Shown piece by piece: positions 40,979-51,639 of a stretch of 64,000 bases of DNA. Under the pieces are notes generated by a model, which worked only from the letters and a program-made list of their open reading frames with translations, searched no databases and was not told where the DNA came from. A program made the position numbers and the translations under genes. Source of the DNA: Prasinococcaceae sp. CCMP 1430 (taxonomy: Eukaryota; Plantae; Prasinodermophyta); assembly GCA_013416795.1 (NCBI GenBank), contig RQSC01000026.1, positions 740,335 to 804,334 of the forward strand. The letters are read 5' to 3'. The stretch's first letter is position 1. Each line of letters begins with the position of its first letter.

Positions 40979-42848
40979 TCAGCTGCGCACCTCGTAGGTG
41001 CCGGCGACGGCGAGGCTGCGGCTGCCCTTGTACGGCGTATACTTGATGTTGTCGAACTTGAGGCTCTCGATGCGCAGGCCGGAAACGGAGGTGCCGAGGA
41101 GCTTCCAGGCGGCCCGCAGCGAGATGTATCCCTCCGGCGGCGGCGCGCCCTCTTCCAGCCGCACGTCGCCGCTCAGGCAGGGCGCGCGGTCGTTGGGGAT
41201 CTTCCCAATGGCCCACGTCGCAGTCTTCGTCGCGGCGTCCCACGATACGCTGCCAACATTCGCCGACAGCACGGCCGAGGCCACGCGCCACGCCGGCGGG
41301 AAAGGCACGGTGACGACGATGCCGTCGGCATTGCGCCCGACGTCCTGTTTCACTCCCACCATGACGCTCAGGCGTCCACCCGCACACGTTGCTTGCGACG
41401 CGCCGGCGCCGCCCACCCCCCTTCGTGCGCCGCGCGTGCGCGCACGCACGTCAGCGCAAACGCGTCCAGGCTGCGCTCGGGACCACACACGTGTTCGCGC
41501 GCGCAGGCGCGCGCGCGCATTGGCAAGAATGGGTGCGGGTAGGATCGGCGTGGTCGAACGCACCCCGCGCTGCTGCCCCCTGGCGATCCCTGCCCTTGCT
41601 CACCAGCTACATCACCACCAGAGCGCGCGCCCGCCTCGACGATTTCCCATGCGAACTGCGGAGTCATGTATATGGGCAACAGCCCACCCTTGGGTGCAGG
41701 AGGGCAGAAGTCTGCTAGCCTGAAGGAGCCGTCCGGCGGCACGAAGGACAGCACTCCGTCCGAGCGGAAGCGTTTGACGCGCACGCACGGATGAAAGCGC
41801 GCGTCGCGCAGCGGGCTCGTGTCGGCGAAAGCCATCGTCAAGTCGGGCATGCCGCTAAGTTTGCAGTTGGCCTCGATGGTCGAACGCACCTCGCACGACA
41901 CGAGGCGGCCGTCCAAGCGCGTCGTCGCGTCCACCGTGTCCACGATGTCGAAGTAGATCTCGTTCGCGGCGTACTTGACCTTGGGCGAGCGCCAGGTTAC
42001 CATCGACGTTGCGATATCAGGCAGTTTCTCCTTCATGGATTTCTGAGCCGAGCCCGTCACAGCAGCGGCCAGGCGGTCCACGAGCTTCGGGGGCGGCAGC
42101 ATCTCGAGCAGCACGGCGGGCTCGGAGACGAAGGGCACGCCAGAGTCGGCGATCTTGCAGTGGCACGGCCGCGCGGCGAGCGCGCGTCAGCCGGGGCAAA
42201 GAGTACGCGAGAGCGCAGCTGGGCTAAAGGCATCGCTCAGAGTTTAGTGGTTAACTATCCACATCCCGCGGGGGGTCGCCTGCGAGTCGCTCTGCCGGCG
42301 GCACCCGCGCTGTGCACGCCCGCTCCGAAGAACGTACGGAGAACAGCGCGCCCCGCCCAACAGTAGCGCAGCGCAGGGCCCGCCGCAGGCGTCCCGTTCG
42401 ACGGGGCACCTCGGACCCGATATACTTTAATCATGGCGATGGCTCACATGGCCGCGCTCAGCATCGCGCCTGCGCGCGCGCGCCGATGACTTACCTCGTC
42501 CAGCACCTGCACGATGGTCGCGAAGCTCTCCCTGAGCGCCTCCTCGCGCAGCCGCCCTCCGCAGTACCTGGCAAGCACGTCGCCGACGTGTGCGAGGAAC
42601 GAGAGCGCGGCCGCGGGTGGATGTTCCCTGCGTACCAGCCCAAGTAGCACCACGCCGTCGCGCCCGCAGTGCAGTACATAGGCGCGCGGCGACGCGAGCA
42701 CGGGCGGTACGGCGGCCGCATCTCCGCCAGCCGCCGCGAGCGCACGCCAGTACACGTCGCACAGCGAGCGATCGAGCCCCGCCTCCCAGTGCTTCTCCAT
42801 GAGCACCTCCTGCGCCGTACCGAGCACGAAGAGCGCGGAGAGCGGCAT
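40979..42848 (-). CDS. AP3M: AP-3 complex subunit mu
   Basis: complement(join(40979..41391,41604..42153,42495..42848)), 438 aa. MEKHW, VPPV, WRSPKVKYAANEIYFDIV, CKLSGMPDL, FHPCVR, LSFVPPDGSFRL, W.IGKIP and SGLRIESL. Confidence 0.95.
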
Positions 42849-43536
42849 GGTTCACCCCCCCCTCCACCAAGCCCTTCCCTCCCTTCCTCCCCGCCACACA
42901 CACACTCTTGCGCCTCAGGCCCTCAGCGCCGAAAGGCGCACTCAACACCCTCCGCGCGCTGCAGTCGCCCGCCCGCCGCGCTGTGCCGCGCCGCCCCACC
43001 TCCTCCCACCCCCCCTTCCGCAATGGCCGTGAGGGGCACGACCGCGGGCCTCACTCCGCAGGCGGGATCGTGGGGTGCGGCGGCAGGGTGGGCAGGGCCA
43101 GCGGCGGCAGCACCGCCACGCTGCCGCTGCGCGCGCGCGCGCGCGCAGTGTGGTGCGGGGCACAGACGCCCTAAACTGGCCACTGAGTACATTTTGATCT
43201 ATTATATAAACCCTGATTGATAATACACCCAAAACACGCCCCCAAACATGTGCAGCTTTTTCGCGAGTGCCAGCTCAGACAGCTCGCTCACTGGTCCCCC
43301 TGGGGGGGGGGAGCTGCGTCACAGCTGGCACACTGTAGGCGCGCCACGCGTGGGTGTTGCTGCTGACCCGCCGCCCGCGGTGGCGGAGCTCGGCGCCCCC
43401 CTCCGGACCCTTGACGGACGCGAGGCGGGGGCGTGCATGCGCGTCAGCCCGCGTTCGCGGCGTGGCCGCCGGTGCGGCCGCTGAGAGCGTTGAGAGGAAG
43501 GCGGGAGCAGGGCGGGGGAGGGGAAGCAGAGGGGGG

Positions 43537-46500
43537 ATGTGGGAACGACATGGAGGCGACGCCGGCACGGTGGCGGCGGCGGCCGTGGAGCGCGAGCTCG
43601 GTGCAGAGCTGCTACCTCCTCGCGTCGTGCGCCCGGCGACATGTGCGGGCGGCGCGCACGCTGCGGCGCGGTGCGCTGCGCTGCGGCACGCGCACGCGGA
43701 GGTCGACGTCGCTGTTATACCGCTGCTAGTCAGGCGCAGTGGCCAGGCGAGCGGGCGCGGCGGCGGCGGCGGCGGCGCTTCCGCCGCCTCGACCGCGGGG
43801 TCGAGCGTCGGTGCGCAGCTGCCCGCGCAACAGGATCTCAGCGCGGATGGTGGGCCGTGCGCTGTCGGCCTCGCCGAGTACCTCTCCGAGCTGACGTCGG
43901 AGGGGTGCGGTGAGGTCGAGGCGGCCATGCAGGGCGACCACGGCGCGCTCGCCAGCGAGTCCGCGCGCGAGCTCCGCGTGGCGGCCGCGCGCGCCGTGGC
44001 AATGCGTGGTGGGGCGGTCGAGGAGTGTGCGCGCCCTAGACAGTCGGACGATGGCGACGGCGTGGTGGGCGCCATCCGCTCCGCCCTGCCGCGTTTCTAT
44101 CCGCGAGCCGAGGCGCTCACGGCAGCGTCGCTCTCAGAGGCGGTCGCGACGGCGGCAAGACAGGGCAACATCTCGCCAGAAAGCGGTGCGGGGGCGTTGC
44201 ACGCGAACCTTTCAGCCCCAGTGGCGGTGCTGGTGGGTGAGTGTGCCGCCTACGCGCTCTTCGCGACTGGCTTGAGCGCGGTCGCGTGCGCGGGGGCTTC
44301 CACGCTCGAGACGGCCCTGCGCTTCGGGCGCGGCGCGCTTCGGCGCGAGGGTGGCCTCGTCATTCAGCTTCTGGCGTACCAGCTGCTCTCCGCGTTGGCG
44401 CCCCTACACGCGGCCGGCGGCGCGCACGGCGACGTGCGCGCGTCCAACGTTGGGCTCTCCCCTCACCTGTGGCTGCAATTGGACTGCCTGGACAGGGCCC
44501 ACGGTCGCTGCGCTGCGGACGGTCCTGACAGCGATGGTAGTGAAAGCGACGACGAGGACGGGAGCGACGGCGGACGTGATCCCCGGGCTCTCGACGGCAC
44601 GGGCAAGGGCACATCCGCGAAACCGACACGCCTCCGGCGCCTGCTACGCTCCGCCTGCGAGTCCGCTCCCTCGTGCTCGCGGTCGGCGTTCGCGCGCGCC
44701 ATGTCTGCATGGCGACAAGGTGAGATGAGCAATCTCGACTATCTGCTCCTACTTAATTCGCTCGCTGGGCGGCGCACGGGTGACGAGGCCTTTCTGCCCG
44801 TGCTTCCTTGGGTCATCGACTTTACACAACCGCCCGAGGCGAGCGCGCATGACACGCGCGCGCCGACCGGAGACGACGGCTGGCGCGACCTCACAAGGAG
44901 CAAGTGGCGGCTAAGCAAGGGCGAGCAGCAGCTTGACTTCACCTACGCAAACAGTGAACCGCCGCACCACATTTCAGACGAGGCGCTGTCGGAGCTCACC
45001 GCATGCATCTACACCGCGCGCCGTCAGCCGCTGTCGCGGCTGCAGTCGGTCGTGCGCGCAAATTACGAGCCCAACGAATACCCAGCAAGCATAGCGCGGC
45101 TCTATGCTTGGAGCCCAGACGAGGCCATCGCCGCATTCTACGACGACCCCACCGTCTTCGACTCGGTCCACGCCAACATGCCCAATCTTGCCGTTCCCGA
45201 CTGGGCAGCATCGCCTGCGGATTTCATAGCACGGCACCGCGCGGCCCTCGAGAGCCCACGCGCGTCAGCATGGCTGCACCACTGGATCGACCTCACTTTC
45301 GGATACAAGCTCACGGGCGCAGCGGCGGTCGATGCGAAGAATGTCGCTCTCGACGAGGCCATCACAGGGGCAAGTACGGGTGGTGCCGCAACGCTGCAGC
45401 GCGCGCGCGGTAGGTACCAGCTCTTTCGCGCGCCGCACCCGCCGCGAGGCGCCCCGACGCGCCCGGAGGCGCCGCTGCGGCTGCGTTCGCCGGGTGTCGC
45501 TGGAATGGGCGACGTGGCGGTCACGCTCTCTGGGGGGGCGGCGGCGCACGCACACGGTGGCACCGGTGCTGGCACTGGTGGTGGTGCGCGCACCAGCGTC
45601 GCGGAACCCATATTCGTGGCAGTGCCGCCCGGCGGCGCGGGCGCATTGGTGGCGACGCTCGTTGACGCTGAGCAGGAGCACGCGTTTGTGGATGCCTGCG
45701 ACTTTAGCTGGGACCTGGCGCCGAACGAGCTTGACAATGCAGGGGCCATGAAGGCAGATGTCATGCGACCAGACGGCACTCAGAATGGTGCTGCCGTCGG
45801 CGCACATGATCGCGCGAGCGAGCATGCTGGTGGTGACGGTGGTAGCGATGCGGGCTTGGACGGGATCGCTGCGAGCGCCACTGACGCTGCAGGAGATCTG
45901 ATGCGTGTCGGGCGACTCCTTCGGCACATGTTGCGGGCTTGCGGGTTCGGTGAAGGCGTGCGCGCGCGTGAGGTCGTGCGCTCGCTGACGCAAGCGAGTC
46001 CAAAGATGCGCCCCTCCGCTGTTGAGGTGCTCGCGAGCTCGTACTTCACGCCTGCAGTGCGGCGCGCGCACGGGGTGCTACTCGCGCTTCGTTCGCGTCA
46101 TGCGGGATCATCGTTGCTGCGCGTGGCGTCACTGCTGCGAGCGGCGCCCGCAGACACCGCAACTCTGGTTGCACCCGCGTGCATGCACGCCACGCTCACG
46201 CATGCGACGTCTGATGGTGGCAGCGCGGGAGGGGCCGTCGAGATCATACAAGAGCTCATACGCCTCCTCCCTGGCAAGGGTGTCCAGGAGCTCATCTTAC
46301 CCGCGCTGCTCGACCTGCTCACGGGTCACACAAACAAGTTGCTGGGGGCGCGCGCGCGCACGCGCGCGCTCTTCGCTGGGGGAAGCGGGCGCAGCGGGAG
46401 CGTCGACGATGACGAGAGCGACGGCACGGGGGAAGCGGATGACTCGAGCGAGCAAGCAGGCGCAATGGCAGCAATGCGTGGACTGCACGCGCTACGCCAC

Positions 46501-48630
46501 GCGCTTGTGCAGGCCGGCGTGGTGCGCGCGCTCGGTGCCAAGCTTGGCACAGACGAGTATGTGGCGCGCGTTCATCCGGCGCTTCTGGGCGCGCTCGAGC
46601 GCACGTCTGCGGAGGTTGCCGGTGCAGCGGCTGCGGCGCTCTCGGCGGGTTGCTGCGTGCCCATGGCGGCGCCCATGCTACTGCAGCAGACGGTCTTCCC
46701 CCTCCTGAGCAGCGCCGCGCGCGTGGGAGATCTGAGCGACGCTGCGGCAGCAGTGCTCTCGCATGCATGTGTGGAGCTTGGCGAGGAGCTCGTGGGGCGT
46801 CACGTGCTTCCAAACGCGGTGGCAGTTGCGTGCGCGCTGCCGCCGTCAATCCAAGGTAGATCGAAACGCGCGCGGGCGCGCGCATGTGCTCGATTTCGTG
46901 CTGGTGCGTACGTGCCCGCTGCTGCATTCTGGCGCTGACGTGACACGGCCCGCGATGCGCCGACAGGCAACCCGCGCTCCCACAGGTATAGAGCGATTGT
47001 CAACGCACTGCGCGTTGTCCTCGCGGCGGCGCCGCCGTCCTCATCAGTGCGCGCCCTCTCGCCACTCCCTCGCAAAATCGCGGGGGAGCTTGCCGTGGGC
47101 TCACCCGGCTTCGTGGGCTCGCCTCCCGACCCCAGCTTTCTCCGCTCGCCATCCGCCGAGCGTGGGCTGTGGATTTGGCTCCCGGGACCAGATGAGGGTG
47201 CACTTCCTGCCTCACCGGCGGGGGCATCCGCCTCTGCCAAGCGCCTGGCGGGCGACGGCATGGGTCAGGCCGATAGCGCGAGCCTGGGAGGGAGCGTTGG
47301 GGCTGGCAACGACTCGCCGGCCTTGGGCGCAGGAAGCGCGTCGGACGCCGCCTCCGAGGCATCGGCGAGTGGCAAACACTGGGGAATGAGCGAAGGCTTG
47401 ACAACGACCCGAGGCCTTGGCGGCGGGGTCGGATTTTCGGACGAGGGTGGCCGCAGTGGCCCGGGTAGCGCATGGACACTGCGCGCGCGCTGCCTCCTAT
47501 CGTTTCGTGCGCACGGTACCGTGCTGCGTGCCGCGCAGGCGCTCGAGTCGGAAGGCCTTGTTCTCACCGCTGGTGGCAGCACACGCAACGGCCCTCGCGT
47601 GCGTCTGTGGGAACTCTCCACGGGGGCATGTGTCCGTGAGTACACCACCTCGTCGCGTGAGCCCATCACTGCCGTAGCGGCGCTGGGCACGGCCTCGGGC
47701 CCCGGCGGCGCCGTGGTCGGCTGCGATGGCGGCGTACACGTCTGGCGCACGGCGAGCGGCGAGCGAGCGCACACCTTCAACGATGCATCGGCGGTCGAGG
47801 TCTGTTCAGGTTGGGCGCCCTCGGGCGCGACCGCTGGGAACTCGTCTGCCGCTGTGCGCTTCACCGCATTCGCGTGTCTCTCTGAGCGCGTTGGCGAGAC
47901 CACCGTCGTGGCCGGCACGAGCGACGGCGCCGTGATCGAGCTCGATGCCCATGCATGCGCACGCGTGTCTCGTGCGGCGTGCATGCCAGGTGGGGAGGGC
48001 CTTGCTGCCGCCCACTGGGCCGAGAGCGCTCGCGCGGGCGCCGATGCGAGCGCGCTCATGAGCGGGATGAGCGCAGCAGGCGCCGGTGCGCCGGCCGCGC
48101 CGGCTGCTGTCACGTCGATCGCCCAGCTGGGCTACTTGGGGTGTGGACGAGGGTCCCTGGCGGTCGGGCTGGCCAACGGCGCCGCCGCAGTGGTTGAGCG
48201 CGGTGCCGGCCGCCTGCGGGTGTGGTTCAAGGCGCACGACGGCGCGATCACCAAGCTTTTGCCGTACAGGGAGCATTACCTCGTGAGCGCGGGCGCCGAC
48301 AAGGCCGTCGCGCTATGGGACCTGCGCAAGGCGAGCAGCAGTGGTGCTGCGGGTGCCATGCTCGTGCACACGCTCACGGGGCTCAGCAGCGCAGTTACAG
48401 ACTGCGCGATCGTCGACAGTACGGTCGCGTGCGCATCGGGCAGCAGGCTGGGCGTCGCACCGCTCGGCACGGCACCACCCCGAGGAGCGACCATGGCCCT
48501 CGAGCCCATCCGGCTGCGCGGCGTGAAGGGCAAGCAGGAGAGTGCGGGCATCGTCGCGCTGGGGATCATGCGGCACAGCAAGCTCTTCCTCGCGGGCGCC
48601 GACGACGGCGCGCTGCATGTGTGCGTCTGA
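43537..48630 (+). CDS. GFS12: BEACH + WD40 protein, GFS12/BCHD/WDR81 type
   Basis: join(43537?..46855,46967..48630). WRQGEMSNLDYLLLLNSLAGRR, PVLPWVIDFT, RDLTRSKWRLSKGEQQLD, HHISDE.LSEL and WIDLTFGYKL. C-terminal WD repeats (LRARCLLSFRAH, KAHDGAIT, DKAVALWDLR). Confidence 0.9.
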
Positions 48631-48803
48631 TACGCACGGGGCCACGGGCGCGAGGCACGCGCGCCACGCTCGCCCCCGTACAGAAAGGGTCGCCAAAATT
48701 ATCGTTTGTGACCACCAAAGGCGCCTAGCGCCGCTGGTGTGGAGGGGGAGGAGGGGGGGCTTGCATACCCGTATGAGCCGCCTCGCGCCGGTGGGCCATC
48801 AGC

Positions 48804-49160
48804 TCACGCCGCCACCGCCTTGGGCGCGTCGGGCGCGTCGCCCGCGCTCTCGTCAAGGCTGACAGAAACGCTGTTGTAGATGTCCACGACCTTGGCGAGG
48901 TTCTTGTTCAGCGTGGCGATGAGCGTCTCGTTGTGCTTGAGCGCGTCTTTCTCCTGCGAGTCCTGGTTGGCTGTGATCTCTTTGATGAGCAGGCGGTTCG
49001 CCTCGAGCAAGGAGTGCACCTCGCCGAACTTGGCGAAGCCTTCCCACTCGGCGGATGCGCCCCCAACGGCGGCTTCCGCCGCCGCGGCCGCCGCGATGGC
49101 GGCAGCCGCGTCAGCCTCCCCCCCGCCCCCCGCCGCCGCGGCTTCGCCCGGCGTGCGCAC
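48804..49160 (-). CDS. ELF4: ELF4-like (DUF1313) coiled-coil protein; start exon unresolved
   Basis: EWEGFAKFGEVHSLLEANRLLIKEITANQDS...NETLIATLNKNLAKVVDIYNSVS matches the ELF4 consensus W..F...F..VQ..LD.NR.LI.EIN.NH.S...NV.LI.ELN.NI..VV.LY. Confidence 0.85.
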   Translation of the reverse strand: MRTPGEAAAAGGGGEADAAAAIAAAAAAEAAVGGASAEWEGFAKFGEVHSLLEANRLLIKEITANQDSQEKDALKHNETLIATLNKNLAKVVDIYNSVSVSLDESAGDAPDAPKAVAA

Positions 49161-49353
49161 CGACGCTCTCTCTCTTTCTCTCTTTCTCTCTCCCTCTCTC
49201 TCTCGCGCGCCGCAGCGGAAAAAAAAACGCCAAAAAAAGAACGGCACCATCGTTGCGAATCACGAGGCCGAGGCGGGAAAAACGGGAAAATAAAAAAGTA
49301 AAAAAAAAAGGCGCGTCCGACGTGGCCGACGGCACCTTTTCGCCTCGCCAGGC

Positions 49354-49477
49354 GGGTGTTGAGGTTTGGGGTTGGGTTTTGGGTATCATCGCGAGTTTTT
49401 TAAGTAGGGTCTGTGCATGTTAGGGCCGCGGCCGCGGCCGGGCATTTGCTGGGTGGGTGTTGAGGTTTGGGGTTGGG
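49354..49477. repeat. 23-bp direct repeat GGGTGTTGAGGTTTGGGGTTGGG x2
   Basis: 49354-49376 and 49455-49477, in the ELF4 / GLDH divergent promoter. Confidence 0.85.
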
Positions 49478-49735
49478 ATATTGAGGTTCGTTTCGGTAAA
49501 TAGGGTCTACGTGTGTTTGCGCGGTCCGGTCGGGGGTTTGCGGCTGCACGGCGCGCCACACCGCACGAGCGCGCGGGGGGGGGGCGCCACAAGGCAGGGT
49601 CCTCCGCCGCGGCCGGGGCGCGAGCGGGGAGTCGTCGCGCGAGGAGACGTGACAGGGATCTGAGGGGTCGCTGGAGGGCGCGGCTGCGGCTGCGGGCGGC
49701 GCTCGGCCGGGGGATTCGCCCCGAGCGCGCGGCCG

Positions 49736-51443
49736 ATGGCGTGGCGGCGCGCGCTCCCGCTCTCGGCGGGCGCGGTCGCTGCGGCGCCCGCGGCGGCGCT
49801 CGCCGACGCTGCCGTGGCGGCGAAAGGTGCGCGCGCGAGCATGGACGGGTGCGCACTCACTGGTGCTAGCGCGCACGCGCGCGATCGCACCCGTTCGCGC
49901 CGCTGACCGCATGTACGCTGCTGGCGGCGCGATCGCAGCGCCCGAGCCCGAAGCCGACGTCGAGGTGGTGAACTGGAGCGGCACGCACGCGGTGCGCTGT
50001 GCGCGCCACTACGCGCCGGAGAGCACCGCAGAGCTCGAGGCGATCGTCGCCGGCGCGCACGCGGCGGGCGAGCGCGTGCGTGTCGTCGGTTCGGCACTCT
50101 CGCCCAACGGCACGGGGCTCTGCGCCGACGGGATGGTGTCGCTCGCGCTTTGTGACAAGGTCCTCGCGGTGGACGAGAAGCGCAAGAGGGTCACCGTGGA
50201 GGCGGGCTGCCGCGTACGCGAACTCGTGGAGGCGCTGCGCCCGTACGGCCTCACGCTAGAGAACTACGCGTCCATCGCGGAGCAGCAGGTGGGCGGCTTC
50301 GTGTCGGTCGGCGCGCACGGCACGGGCGCGGCCGTGCCGCCGGTCGACGAGCAGGTGGTCAGCCTCAAGCTGGTGACTCCCGCCAGGGGCACGCTCGAGC
50401 TCTCCGCGGAGGGCGCCGACGCGGGACTCTTCCGGCTCGCGCGCGTGGCCATGGGCACGCTGGGCGCCATCTCCGAGGTCACGCTGCAGCTCGTGGACGC
50501 GCACAGGCTGCACGAGGTGACGTACGTCGCCACCAGGGAGCGCGTGCGCCGGGAGCACGAGGCCACGCTCAAGAGATTCAAACATGTGCGCTACATGTGG
50601 CTCCCCTACACGGACGACGTCGTGGTGGTCGGTAGCAACCCCGTCAAGAAGGGCGCCGAGCTGCCCGATTGCAAGGTGCCCGCTGCGCCCGAGGTGGAGC
50701 GCGTGGCGGAAATGCGAGCGTTGCTGCGCTCCGCCGCGCCGGAGGTCGACGCGCGAACCGCTGCCGACGCCAGCTTCGCCGAGCTGCGCGACGCGCTGCT
50801 CGCGGTTGACTGCGCCGATTCCGAATGGGTGGCCAAGGTCAACAGGGCCGAGGCGGCGTTCTGGCGCAAGTCCGAGGGCGAGCGCTGCGACTGGTCGGAC
50901 AAGGTGCTGGGCTTTGAATGCGGCGGCCAGCAGTGGGTTTCCGAGGTTGCGTTCCCCTGCGGCACGTACGACAAGCCGGACATGGCCGACATGGACTTCA
51001 TGGAGGAGCTTTTGGACGCGGTGGAGCACGCGGGCATCGCTGCTCCCTCGCCTCTCGAGCAGCGCTGGACGTCGGGCTCGAGCTCGCCGATGAGCCCGGC
51101 GGCGGGCGCGGCCGACTCGCTGCACTGCTGGGTGGGAATCATTATGTACCTGCCAACGGAGGAGCCGCTGGAGCGCGAGCGCATCACCGCGCGATTCAAG
51201 CGCTACTGCGAGCTCGAGCGCAGGGTGGTGCTGGAGAAATTCGGGGCGCACCACCACTGGGCTAAGATCGAGCCCGCTGGGCCGCTGGGCTCGGCCGCGC
51301 TCGAGCACCAGCGCGCGAGGCTGCGCAAACGCTTCGGCGGGGGTACAGCGGCGCTGGCAGCCGCGCGCAGGGAGCTCGACCCTAAGGGCGTCATGTCTAA
51401 CGACCTCATCGAGGCGGTGCTTCCCGCCAGCGAGGGTGCGTGA
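49736..51443 (+). CDS. GLDH: L-galactono-1,4-lactone dehydrogenase (terminal step of ascorbate synthesis)
   Basis: join(49736..49826,49939..51443). NWSGTH, VGSALSPNG, NYASIAEQQVGG, GAHGTGA, FECGGQQWVSE, LEQRW (Glu-Arg pair) and HWAKIE. Confidence 0.95.
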
Positions 51444-51639
51444 GCGGGTCGGATGACACGGGAGTGGCTACCAGCGCACCTCGCGGCGCGATTTGTTTCG
51501 TCTTCCTTGTTGATCAAACGTCATTTCTTCAGACCTAAGCAGCACGTCACGCGCCCCGCTCGCTCCCGGCCAAAGGCAGCTCAAGCGCCCGCGCCGCCTG
51601 GCCGCATGCGCGCGCGATTGCTCGACAGTGCGGACGAGC

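Noticed and set aside
36310-51443. DHAD, FAD hydrolase and GLDH as a metabolic gene cluster
   Set aside because: Unrelated pathways (branched-chain amino acids, flavin turnover, ascorbate), interleaved with trafficking and clock genes.
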